From Camelus ferus (lineage: Eukaryota), in contig NC_045697.1 in assembly GCF_009834535.1 (NCBI RefSeq), forward strand, positions 54,624,001 to 54,688,000: a stretch of DNA of 64,000 bases, given 5' to 3'. Both the position numbers and the translations under genes were made by a program. Positions 51,801 to 64,000 of the stretch are shown in pieces. Each line of letters starts with the position of its first letter. The first letter of the stretch is position 1. The notes below the pieces were generated by a model that did no database searches, was not told the DNA's origin, and saw only the letters and a list, made by a program, of their open reading frames with translations.

Positions 51801-54800
51801 AAAGGCAACCATATGAGAGACTTTTCCAGCGGGAAGCTTCTCCCACTCCCAGGTGGGCTTCTCAGATGTAACGCTGGTATTTCTAAAGGCTTTCTTTTAA
51901 AGATGACGAAAAAGTGGTATTCGAGGCTTTCTGGGAGAGGAGAGCAAAATAAAGAATTTCACCTTCAAAAAAATAAAGTGAAGAAAAACGTTTCTGGAGG
52001 TTTCACAACAAAAAACCATTCTTTAGCTATTGCGATCTAAGAGGGAACAGGAATATTTACCTTCACAGATCTTTTAGGTGTGGGTTTCAACAGGTGGTAA
52101 TGAAGCTCCTGCACACCTGTCTTCCTGTAGTGTCGGAAGGCGACTCCTTTCTCTAGCTCTAACCATACACTTTTTTTTTTTTTTTTTTTTTTACCTCCAT
52201 GATATTTATCGCATTGTTTATTACGTTTTTGGGTACATGCATTTCTCTTATACTAGTTTGTAAGCCCCTAAATGACAGGAACTTGACCTCAGATATTTAA
52301 AAATCCTCAGTACCTGAACATTGCTTAACCAAAAGACTTGGGTCATCGAAAACGTGTGTGGAACATACATGAATCAGTGCATGTTTTCATTATTATTACT
52401 TACAAAGTACAATAGTATTTGTGTGTTTCATTCTTTGGAGAATTTAAAGTGGATCAACACCTATATACAATCTTTCCTCATAAAATTGATTGAAATGATT
52501 ATGTCTTAATTGTAACTGCTTGCTTTTGAATTTCTGGTCAAATTCAGAACTAAAAATGAATGTCTTTAGATGTAAAATGCAGGAGAAAAAGTATCACTGT
52601 CACTTTAACCATAACCAATTTTCTTGCATAAAGTCAAGAAGGATTTCAGAGCTTTTCAAATTGATGGGTGTTAGTCTGGCAAGCAGTGAATTCTGGCCCT
52701 CAATTCTCAAGTTGTCAGACTATTTCACAGATATGCTGCCTGATGGAAGCCTACTGAATATTACTCAGACATTGACCATGACGTTATTTGCTTCTGGCAA
52801 GCATGAAGCACTTTCCCTTTAAGGTTTCCCTGGCCTCTGTGTGTTTAGAAGTCCCGTAGAGGAAGTAGGGACCCAGTCTGCAATCCAGAGCACTCTCAGC
52901 TTTGGCATCCTCATCTTTCAGGGTAGGTGGCTCAACATGGTGCCTTTGAACACACGGCCCCAGTGGGAGCTCTATTATCTGCTAAATATTCCTGGAAACG
53001 TTTATACAGAACACGGAGCACAGCAGGCCCTGTCCCCCTCCCCCCACAGCTAAGCCTTTGAAATGGCAAATGTGTGGACCTCCTGAGTGCCTCTGCTCAG
53101 CCCCCGCTGTTGACATTTTCAAAGTTAACATATAAAATGATTCCATTGAAATAATAGTTTTGAAGATATTACTGCCAAACTTTGTGTTCACAAATTAGCT
53201 CTCAGATGGCATTTGACTTAGGTAGAGAGTGCGAGTTTAAACTGAAAATCTCATAGATTATATTCAAATGGACCCCATTACAAATCTGGAACATGGTGTT
53301 AAGCCTCCCACTACTCAGTTGAAGCTGGTTTCTGACTTTCTGGTGTCATTTCCAGACAGGCAGCCCTCATATATTAGGGCCAGATGGCCCCTCAGAGAAC
53401 TTCTGGTAGAACAGCACCTTCATCTTGGAGGTGAAGAAATCAAGGCTCTTGGAGGACATCTGAACTAATGTCAGCGATGGGCCATCCAAACTTTTGGGGG
53501 GCAGTTTTTCCCTCAACAGTTTAACTGATTCATTCTAGTATGATAATTGAGAATGCAATGGATGGTGTCTGATTCTGCCACAAAATCACACTATCTCGGT
53601 ACCATGGAGGTGAACAGGGCAGGCATGGTGGGAAGAGTGAAGTAGCACCATCTCTGATTTGGGCCACCCTCCTTCTTCTACTTTTTCTTTTCCTCTCTAG
53701 TCTTGAAAGGAGGTGAATGTGGGGAAAAAAACAAAATATATATAAAAATTTAAAAAGTCTGATTCCAGGGTACAGGTAAGCTGGGAGTAGTGGCCTGATG
53801 AGTGAAGATGGGCTTCTAGACAAAGTCTCCTTCTTCAAAGCTTCTTCCGACAAGTCTATGAAAGGTAGTGGTGGGCAGGCTCAGCCAAGTCAAAGTTCTT
53901 TGGTGATAATGGAAAAGGGGGTGCTTTATTTTTGATAGAAAGAGAGCTCTTACCCAAGAATACAATGCACTGTCTCAGTGCCATAGGTAATGCACTTTCT
54001 GTTCATTTCAACTAAAAATACTTAACAAGGTATCTGCTATGTTTCGGGCATTGGCTATACTGTAGTGGACAAAACAGGATCTCTGTACTTGTTGAGTTCA
54101 CATTCTTATGGATGGAGGTAGACAATGAAGAAATGAGACATGAGATGTGCTCACCAGGAAATGTTCAGCAGGACCAGGGAGATTAAGAGTAATGGCAGGG
54201 GTGGGGTGGTATTTTATCATGGGTGGATGTCTTGGGTACCAGTCTGGGAACTTCAAAAGGTGCCCAAACAGGTGCAAAATTGCTTAGACTTTCTTCCGGA
54301 GAGGAGTCTGTCCTTGCAGATAGGAAACTGGAGTCTCTGTCACGACTGTGGCCCATCCAATCAGCTTGTCCTAGCCAAGATTCAGGCCAAGATCCTGGCC
54401 CTTGGCCTCCACGGTCAGCCCCCTTTCTCCTGTCGCACCTGAAATGAACTCGTGTGGTTCCTGCTACAGCTTTTGTTCCTCATGCAACATTAGCTGCACT
54501 GGCCTTGTTTTGCTCTTGTTAATGAGTGGAACCGAAGAGAGTGCTATTAAAACCATTTCTGGCAAATGAGACTCAAATGGTATTTGAATTGGGTTGAAAA
54601 GCTGGAGCAACAAAGAATATAGGAAGTAAGTCCATGGCCATTCTGGCTGTGCTGTTGAAGAACTATTCTTGAGCAGGAGAGCCAGGGAAGTGAAGCCTTC
54701 CTTTATGTTTATGTTTTATAAGTGCAGTTTCACAACTAGAGAATTTGTGAAGGAAAGTGGCCTCATTTTTTTTTTTTCATTTTGGCATTTCTTCACAGAG

Positions 54801-57797
54801 TCTGTGAGAAGAGATTTTGTTAAAATTGACTTTTGATGTAGATTGAATAGGCAGCTCTTAAGTGTATAATTTTAAGACATTGGAAAGACCTGCTTTTTCC
54901 CCAAAAGAGTCTTGTATAGGGTGTTGATTTATTGTTCTTTCAGTAGATCTCTTCATTCAATAAACATTTATGCAATAAATAGCTTACTATAGCTATTGTT
55001 TGGGGAGGGCTTTGTCCTTTTCTAAAAAGCAGGACACCCTGGAAATTGTGAGACATTGTTACCAGTTGTTTATCCTTATCTGACTAAGCTTCGGAATTTT
55101 GTCTGTGGCAGTGTTTGGTGCTGGTTGAGGAGGGACAGAAGGGAGAGAGACTTGGATTTTACAGAGCAGGAGAAGGAACAGTGAAGGGGCTCTTTGGGAG
55201 TGGAAAACAGGAGACAAACTCCCAGTTTTGGTGAAGGCCAGAATGTTCTTTGATTCTGCTTTTTTGATGTTTACTGTCTTAGTATTTTAACTCATGTCTC
55301 TAGACAAATGTGATCTTCAAAATATTTAATCGCTGATATGGCCCTGAAACCAACCAGTCAGAACACACTGTGGACACCTGCTGAACCAGAGGGGAGCTGC
55401 TGATGTCAGTGAGACTCCATTCAGCTTTGATTTCTTGGTGTAAAATAAATTGAGAGTGGGACACAAGGAGTGGCTCATTAATAAACAGACGAGACTGAAG
55501 CAAGTGTAATGACTACATAATTGGGCGCATCCTCCCTGGCCTTAGTTTCAAGGTGAGCTGTGCTGGCCACCTATGGCCCCGGTGGCAATTTTCTTTCTCT
55601 TACTTCATGCTTACTATTTTTAGATTTGTGACTGTCTTGTAAATAATATAGTGATTGTTTAACAGTTATTTTCCTGGTGTTCTTAGCGTAGGTAGTGACT
55701 TCTATTTGTAATAAAATTTTCAATCTCAAGGATCTTGAAGAACTCACTATATACATGATGAAATGTGGTATTTGATTTGCATTGAAAAGTTAAGATGTAT
55801 TGCCAGTATCAAAGTGGATGCTCAGTCAACATTTGTTGGATGAACATTTATGAATGAATGAAAGGAAGCAGGGCTCCGATCAATCCTGTCCTCCATTAAG
55901 TATTCCCTGACAGCCTGAGCTGTGATTTCTCCCTCCTTTGATTTCCTGTTGCCCTTTTTGTTTGTATTTATTGCCTCACAGAGTTTGTTTTTTCATCAAT
56001 GCACAATGTCAGTTTCTTGAATGAATTACAGGATTGTTAGGTGTCTTATACTTTTTCATCTCCCCGACTCTCTTGGCAGTGAGAAGTTGAATTGGAAAGA
56101 TGAGATGGGAGAGAGAGAGACACTTGGTGGTGTTGTGAATTGGTCATGGTCTGAACTAATGTGGTGGCCGTATGGATGAGAGAGAGAGGAGATAATGGAA
56201 GCATAGTAATAGGAAAGCGACTCAGACTCAGTAATGGGTATGGGAAGGTGGGGAGAGAGAAGCGTCAGAGCTAACTTCTGATTTTGAGGCTTTCAGGTGT
56301 TAGGACTCTTGGACCTAATCTCTTTCACAAGCCAAAGCTGTCTTATATGTGGGGTATGAACTGAAATCAAGGGTTTAGCTGCTGCTTTCTACCTGGTGTG
56401 GGTCCAGCCAAGGTCACACAGCCAGTAAATGGCTTAGCAAGGATTACGTACTGGGGCGTCTGGCTCTGGTGCATGCTCTCTGGCCGCTGTGCCATGCAGC
56501 CTCATGAAATGAGATAAGGCATAGGAAAGCACCCTGAAAACTTTAAAGCTGAGTACAGATCTTACTGCAAATGAACATTATGGAAACCTTGTATCTTTGG
56601 AAGTGAAATTCAAAGCATTAGGCACAGTAGTCAGTGGCAGAAGAAGAGAGTTACCAGGGAACATAGAGAGATACCAAAGGGCAGGTGAATCCTCAAAGGC
56701 ATGACAGCTAGCCTACAGTGTGGAAGAGGGAAGGAGAATGTGGCTCTTAAACAGCCTGACCAAACCCTTTCCCAGTCATCTCGGTGCTGATGGAAAGTAG
56801 AGGAGGGCATTTACTCTTAGAAATTTGATCCCAGAATTTTCTATACACATTGGAATTGAGAGAGGGGGATAATCACTTAGGGTTTGTAGCTCAGATATCC
56901 CTCTGACCTGCCACACATACATGCAGTATCCTCACACCAGTCAGGTTAGGAGCGTAGTCATCCCGGAGACTGCTAAAGCAAGGGCACTCTATCCTTGGAA
57001 TTGTTTCCAGTGTAAAATCGGAAGTGATCTTTTATTTGAAATGCAGAATTTGAGAGCTAAGAGCCAAGATCCAGCTCTCCAAATGCAAGTGATATCCTTT
57101 GAGAATATCACAGCATAAGAAACATTCCTAAATGCAAGGGGCTAGGATTCTGCTTGGCACACAGACACACAATAAGGAAGCAGTTGGGAAACAATTCTGT
57201 TAAATACAGAATAAAATAGGGAGCAAGCACAGCATTGTTGTGGAGGCATTTCTTAATGAAACAATTCAGATATGCATTCAATTCCTGGTTAAATGAAATG
57301 AGGAGCAGAAAGGAGACAAGTGAACAACACTTAGCATTAAATGTCATGCCTTGAAAAGTACCAGGTGTTATAGGAGCCTTAATGTGGTCAAAATGGTGAA
57401 AGCAGAGAGTAGGGGTAGGACGGCATAGGGGAGGCTAGACAGGGGAGCAGGGTTAGATCATGAGGGACCTTTTAAATCATGTTAAGGACTTAGGATCTTA
57501 TTCCAAGGCAGTGGGAGGTCATTCAAAGATTATGAAGAAATTTGAGTCTTAAGGCTAGTGTTGGAGTAGGAGAAAAAAAATTGTTGGGAGAGATGAAATT
57601 AAGAGGTTATTAAAATAATGTCTGTAAGAGATAATGATAAACAACACTTAGGTAGCACTTACATGTGGTAGACACTGTTCTAAGTATTTTATATTTATAG
57701 TAAGTCATTTAATCCTAGGATTGTATGGTAGATGCTGTTTTTGTTCTGATATTACAGAAGAGGAAACTGATGTATAGAGAGGTTAAGAAATATTCCT

Positions 57798-57859
57798 CCA
57801 CTGGAATTTGACACAACATTGTAAAATGATTATAAATCAATAAAAAAAGTTAAAAAAAA
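57798..57859 (+). mobile_element. Ultra-truncated young L1 3' end (~62 bp) with 13-bp TSD
   Basis: cactggaatttgacacaacattgtaaaatgattataaatcaataaaaaaa is the reverse complement of the 3' tip of the L1 at 8631-11084. TSD aagaaatattcct at 57785-57797 and 57860-57872. Confidence 0.92.
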
Positions 57860-57882
57860 AAGAAATATTCCTAGTGTCACAC

Positions 57883-57917
<35 letters not shown>
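57883..57917 (+). repeat. (AGTT)8 microsatellite within the MIR
   Basis: Read directly from the sequence. Confidence 0.9.
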
Positions 57918-58706
57918 GGGGTAATTGCTATTTGAACACAGACAGTCATTTAAATCACTATAATGTACTGTCTGAACAAAAATAGTCTTATTGGAGATGG
58001 AGAGGAGTGAAGACTCAACAAATAATTAGGAGATTCAGCGTTTGTTGATTCACTGGGACAGGGAGATAATGAGTTTGCATTTGGACACACTTAGATTGAA
58101 GGGATCATTGGGACATTCAGAGGACAGTTGACAACTGCATAAATGGCCAGAAAGTTCAAGAGACTGGTCTGGACTGGAACTACCCATTTGAGAGCTACCA
58201 GAGGGGAAGAAATCAAGCAAGAGGGGTGTGCAATGAAGAATGGCCAGAGAGGAGGGCCTAGGACATAATCCTGAGTGAGCTACCCCAACAATGAAGGAGA
58301 GGTGGAGGGGTAGTAATCTACCAGGAGCCTGGGAAGGAGTAGCCAGGGAAGCAGAGGAAATGAGGATAGTGGGTCACAGAAGGTGGGTGAGTGAATTGAA
58401 GAGATCGAGATGGCCAAATAAGTGAGATGATAAAGATTTAGCCTTAAGATGGTGGTGGAGTCAGAGCAGGATAATATGCTTCAATAAAAATTCAAGAAGC
58501 AGAGACAATTTAAACATTATTTTGAGGAGGTCTGGCAAATACAGAAAGAAGAAAGAGTGGGAGATGGTGGAGGATATGGAGTGGAGAGATTGTTATTTTT
58601 CAATATTAAGTATTTTTAGTATCTATAAATGCTGAGAGGAGGAAGGAGTCAAGGTGAAGTTGAAGTTACAGGAGAGGGAGGAATAAACAATGTGGCTGCT
58701 TCTAAG

Positions 58707-59155
58707 ATGTATTAGTTAGAATAAAGATAAACTGCTCCCCAAAAGACCTTTAAATTCAATAGCTCAACTCAAATAGTCATTTGTTTCATTCCCATAGCAC
58801 ACTCGAGAGCAGCTGGTTTGCTGGGCAGCTCTGCTCCACAAGGACACTCATGAACCCAGGTTTCTTGTGTTCCTTCCTCTCCCAGGGCATCGTCTTGTGT
58901 GTGCTGGGTCTCTGCTATGTCCAGTTTCCTTTCAGAAGGAAGGGGAAAGAGAGTGAGGAGAGTGTCCTCCTGTTGTCTGGAGACATTGCCAAAGAAAAGC
59001 ATATCACCCTGCTCACTGTTGTCATGTGGCCACATCTACCTGCAGAGGAGGTCAGGAATTGTAGTCTTTCAAGCCAGTCATATAGTTTGTTACACTTTTA
59101 TTTCTGTGTAAGAAGGGGAGAAGGATTTGGGGGGACAGTTTACAGTCTTCCCACA
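58707..59155 (-). mobile_element. MaLR LTR (MLT1I/J-like)
   Basis: tgtattagttag...ggcagctctgctccac...gtcatgtggccacatct...cccaca. Confidence 0.65.
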
Positions 59156-60011
59156 TAGGAGGAAGGGCTCATGAATAAATTGAAAAATACATATTCTTCA
59201 GAATCAAATATCTCTTTAATTCAAGTGCCTTCCAGGAGTTAGGAGGAAAGCAATCTGACTGAGCTAATTCAAAATGAGTATGTTCATGACTGAAAGCCCA
59301 TCACCTTTGAGGAAGCATTTGCATTGCTAAGGAGACTGCTATAGAGAATATTGTAGTTTTTAATTTGGAAAACAAAAGTATTCCACGAACATTTGCCTTA
59401 TCATAAGAAGTAAGAAGCTTTAAGCAATACAGAGCTTTAACAAAGAATCAGCTATTAGATAAGAAACATATTTGGGGAAGAAAAACCTCTGTACACCTCA
59501 AATATAGTACGAGGCATGTATTAGCCTTTTTCACCTATGTTTTCACCTATGACTGGCTTTTGTCCCTGGACTTCACTGAGGTTGTCTGTCCTATAGGTCA
59601 GTTGTCACTCGTTAATGTGAGAATGAGAATACAGCAAAAGCAGTTGAAGGTAAGAGGTTTTTTTTTAAGAACACAAAATATATCTTGATCATTGCATGAA
59701 TGAATCAGTTCCTCCACTGTGAGCGTCCATTCCAATTTCATTATGGTAAATTGCAACATTATACTTTATAACTGGAGGTCATTTATAACTGAGGTCTGAC
59801 ATCCTCAGTTACCCAGAACAGAGCAGAGAAATGATGTAGGAAAATATTTGAACATTAAATTAAATGTCGCAAAGTTCATTCATCAAAACTCATGTATTTT
59901 TCTTATGGGGGAATTTCTCAGACAGGAGTGATCCTGTTTCCCATACAACTAGCAGAAGAGGCTGGACTGTCTGTGGTAGAGCAGCAAATGGGATGGGAAG
60001 CAAGGTAGAAG

Positions 60012-60608
60012 TGTTAGCAGGAGGAGGGAAATAAGAATTACCTCAGTTCTTAGTCACTCCCCAAAAATGAATCTTTAACAAGAGACAGAAAGCTTAACGT
60101 TAAAAAAGCAAGATTTCATTAGTGAAGCAAAAAGGTAGTAAAATATAGCACACTTCCGAGAATTGGGAGCAGGCCAATCCAGGAGAGGAAAAATGGCACC
60201 GCTCCTTTGTTTTTCCCATCTTGTATCCTGGCTTAGGGGTGTTTTCTTGGCTGATTTATTGACAGCTCATGTTCTTTGAGTGCTCAGACTGATTGACTGA
60301 CAGCTCAGGTTCCTTGTGCTCAGGCATGCCCATCCCTTTTGTGCATGTTCTTACCCATGATGCACACAGAGAAACCTACAGGAGGGGCTCAAACTGCAAT
60401 GTTAATTACATTATAATGAGCATTGGGTCAGGTTAAGCTGGGTCCTCTCTCTATTGTGCAGCTGCAGCATTCAATTTTAGCCATTTAGAGAAAGTAAAAG
60501 TTTTTGGAGTCCCTTATCCAGAGTGCAGAGGTACTGTTATTTTCTGGGTTGCTCCATTCCCTTTCCTCTCCCCCTGCCCAGTGCTCATTTCTATCTAACT
60601 GCCTAACA
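60012..60608 (-). mobile_element. ERV1 solo LTR (MER50-like)
   Basis: Inverted termini tgttag...ctaaca, flanked by gaag/gagg (4-bp TSD with one mismatch). Confidence 0.75.
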
Positions 60609-61360
60609 GAGGCAGGCGTACTGAGGGCACGAGTGACACGTGAGAATGAGTCAATAAGAAAAACAACTTGACAGTAAGTGTAATGCAACACGGAGGGAAC
60701 CCTCATGCGTTTTACATTCGAGATTCAGTCTCATTCTTTAGTAATTTCTGAGGTGTCATCAATACAAATATCCAGAACAGGAATTCCTGATCATCATGGT
60801 TCTTGGGGTAGTATAACTGTAGGTTTGTTTTAAATGGAAGTAAGTCAAGTCTTAAAACACCTTAAAAGAGTATAAAATCAATAGTAAGCCTCTCATCCCA
60901 CTCAGAATGAATTTTTATCATAAGACCAGGAGATGGCTAAATTATATTATTTCTATTATGTTTTGTGTGCTGGAAACAGTGGGTGATTCAGGGAAGAAAG
61001 GAAAAAATATTTTTCTTTCTTTGATGAGATAAATTTTTCAAATACATAAAATTTGCCTGTCACCCTTCCATTTCTTTCCCTTGCCTTGATAATTTAATAT
61101 TTTTTTAATCTCTCAGGAATTCATATTATAAAATCTGTTGCTTTCATTCTGCCCTAAGCCCTCCATTGTGGCACGTGAACACCTGCCCCTCCCATGGCCA
61201 CCCTTAGCCACTAAGTGCTCCAGTGCCTGGAACAGGGCCTGGCTCCTAGAAGCATTCAGTGTGTCTGAATGAATGAATGAATGAATGAACAGGTGAATAA
61301 ATGAAAAAATGTTCTCAATGCTCCTAAATTACCTTCATATTTTCTTCAGAATTAAAACTC

Positions 61361-61949
61361 TTTTTTTAAAATAAAGATAAATTTTTACTGAAGTATAGTT
61401 GATTTACAATATTACATGAGTTTCAGGTATATGATATAGTGATTCAATATTTTTGTAGATTATACTCCATTTAAAGTTATTCTGAATTATTGGCCCTATT
61501 CCCTTTGTAGCTTATCCATTTTATATATAGTAGTTTGTACCTTCTAATTCTCTACCCCTATCCTGCCCCTCGCCCTTCCCTCCTCCACACTGGTAACCAC
61601 TAGTTTGTTCTCTATATCTGGGAGTCTGTTTCTGTTTTGTTTATTTTGTTTTTTTGTTATGTTTATTTTTTTTTTTAGATTCCATGTATAAATGTTAACA
61701 TACAGTATTTGCCTTTCTCTGTCTGACTTACTCCACTAAGCATAATACCATCCAGGTCCATCCATGTTTTCCCAAATGGCAAAATCTCATTCTTTTCTTA
61801 TGGCTGAGATGTTCCATTGTATGTATTTATGCAGCACATCTTCTTTAGCCATTCAGTGGACACTCAGGCTGCATCCATATCTTGGCTACCATAAATAGTG
61901 CTGCTATGAATATCAGGGTGTGTGTATCTTTTTGAAATGGTGTTTTTGC
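61361..61949 (-). mobile_element. 5'-truncated L1 3' end (cetartiodactyl-type)
   Basis: gaagtatagttgatttacaat, ctggtaaccactagtttg, tttagattcca; degenerate TSD aaaact(c)ttttt at 61354 and 61950. Confidence 0.88.
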
Positions 61950-63274
61950 AAAACTTTTTAACTTAAATGCTTTCCAGAGACTAGGAAGAAGGCAATCTAA
62001 TTGAATTGGTTCACAATGAGTATGTTCATGATTGAAAGCCTATTAACTTTTTGGAAAGCATATACATTGCTAAGGAGAATGCTTAATAACCCAAATTAGT
62101 ATCTAATTTACAGACTTTTAGGCAAAAGAACAAGGTGAGATGACACACAAACAGCTATGTTTAGTAATGATATCAGGCAGAAGAGGGCTGGCTAGGCCCG
62201 ATGAACTTTACTTGGGAAACTGTTCCCAGCGTGAGAGGCAATAGAATTGCCTTTACCTTTTTAAAACTTCTTTCCACCCTCTCTTCCAAACCAGTAAGTT
62301 CTCTACAAGCACATAAGTGTTCTCTGAACTGCTTTTATGTTCCAGTAAAATAGAGCATAGGACAAGAATGATGACAGCCGTTCGTGTGAATGGGCCATTG
62401 CTAAGTCAGGGACTGCTTGCCGGGGAGATAGACTTTGTTACAGAGGAAGTTAGTTTTGGCAGAGCAACTCAAGTTCAAATGTAGAAACTTGAATGGCTTG
62501 TGTGGGGATGAATCACACATCCAGGATCAGTTTCTGGATGAACCCCATGAATTTAAAACTAGACTCTGGATTGATGTGTGTGTGTGTGTGTGTGAGAGAG
62601 TGGGAAGGGGGAGGCTGGAAAATGTGGAGTGTTGAGTGAGCAAGAAGGGACAAGATTGGCAATGAGCCATCCTCTGTCATCTCTGGAGAACAAGAGTAAC
62701 CCTCTTTTCCTTCCTTCCTCCCTACTTCTCTCCGTCCCCCTACCTTCCTAGCTCTCTCTGCCTCTTTCCTGTCCTTCATGTAAGAATATTTATTGACCAC
62801 CTTCCATACACCTGGCCTCTTTTCTACAGTTTTGTTGCATTTGGATATTAATTTTGTTCTGAAACCACACCAGATTGTGAGTCAGTAAGACCCCAGTTTT
62901 CCTTGATTTTCCATAATTAACCAATGCCCAAGGGTTGGTGGTTGTTTTTGTGATCCAGGGATGTTTAAGGGTTAATTCCTTAATAAAAATGAAGTAGCTC
63001 TCCTTATCAATTTCTTCTACATAGGGCATCAAAGCAATGAAATTTTTAATGACAGACCTTCTCAGTAGATTACTCGATGAAAAGAATAAATTGAGGAATT
63101 GTGGCTCAACAGTGACAAAATAAGACCTGGACAAAAATTTGACTTATAACCGACTGATTCATATACATTTCTTTAATTTTTTTTCATATTCTAGGATTGA
63201 GTTTGGGTTTCAGATGGTTGTTTATTTTTAATATATCTCTTTCCAATTCTGGAGTGACTTTTAGATTATGATAA

Positions 63275-63470
63275 TGGCGAACATTTATTGTGCTCTTGGT
63301 AGGTACGGACATTGCACTGAGCCCTTGACAGCAACCTGTGAGATAGGTACTGTTATCTACACTTTCCAGACAGGGAAACAAAGTTGAGAAAGGTCAAGTC
63401 TTTTGCTCAAGGTCGTTTAGAGAGTAGGTAATAAAACCTGTCTTAGGAGCCCAGAGCCCCAGTCTCAGCA
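63275..63470 (-). mobile_element. MIR
   Basis: aacctgtgagataggtactgtt...gggaaaca...ctcaaggtc. Confidence 0.65.
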
Positions 63471-63917
63471 ATATACCTTTCTTCTGATTCTAAGAATATA
63501 GACGTTTAGAATAAGAGTTCTGTCTATGCTGTTAAGAATGAGTTATACCTATGTCTGTGTATATCTCATTGACCATATCACGTGTACATTTTTCAATTTT
63601 ATTAAATTACTTTTGGACATGAATGAAATTGGTAAAAGGGCTAAAATTCATTCTGCCTTAAATGGAAATTTTCTCCTGTATTAGGAAAAAGAGATCGGTA
63701 AAAACTGTCCTGATACTTTCTTCTCTTTTTGTATTGCTATTCTGAGCAAGAGCAAGATGGGTTTCTGACCTCTTTTTCTTGCCTTCTACTTAAATGGTAT
63801 TATCTGACAGCCACACAGAGATTAGCCAGTGTAAGGAAAATCAAAGCTATTTCCTATTTGAAAAGGTTACTGAGGTAAATTATTTTTTCTCCTCTGGAGA
63901 TCTTTTAAACAAACTAA

Positions 63918-63920
<3 letters not shown>

Positions 63921-63958
<38 letters not shown>
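63921..63958. repeat. (CA)19 microsatellite
   Basis: Read directly from the sequence. Confidence 0.95.
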
Positions 63959-63961
<3 letters not shown>

Positions 63962-64000
63962 ATATGTTCATTTCAGAAAAATAAGAAACCTCTAGGGAAC

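Larger units (their letters stand above)
57330..58700 (-). mobile_element. L2 fragment containing a MIR (~57635-57970)
   Basis: Purine-rich L2 antisense text (catgttaaggacttaggatctta, gagtttgcatttggacac); MIR core gaggaaactga...gtcacacag. Confidence 0.7.

Noticed and set aside
59529..59795. Short direct repeats (ttttcacctatg x2; ttataactg(g)aggtc x2)
   Set aside because: These are ordinary micro-duplications with no further structure.
425..63381. Numerous 60-190 aa ORFs in the six-frame track
   Set aside because: Apart from the L1 and Tigger fragments they show no recognisable domains. Many lie in LTR/MIR/L2 sequence or antisense to L1, at lengths expected by chance.

Overview
This is AT-rich, repeat-dense mammalian genomic DNA, most likely from a camelid: it carries a tRNA-derived Vic-1-type SINE and a young L1 family. 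The first ~2.7 kb holds the last two coding exons and 3' UTR of CENPC (centromere protein C, C-terminal cupin domain) on the + strand; the supplied ORF track misses both exons. The remaining ~61 kb appears to be gene-free intergenic DNA built from L1/L2 LINEs, MIRs, MaLR/ERV solo LTRs, a Tigger1 remnant and microsatellites. The only ORF-track entries with recognisable homology are transposon fragments. The best non-repeat signals are a co-oriented cluster of CTCF-like motifs (13.9-23.6 kb) and a diverged local duplication (59.2 kb vs 61.3-62.1 kb). I found no convincing novel biological system. Repeat subfamily names are from recall of consensus sequences rather than a search, and boundaries of old repeats are approximate.
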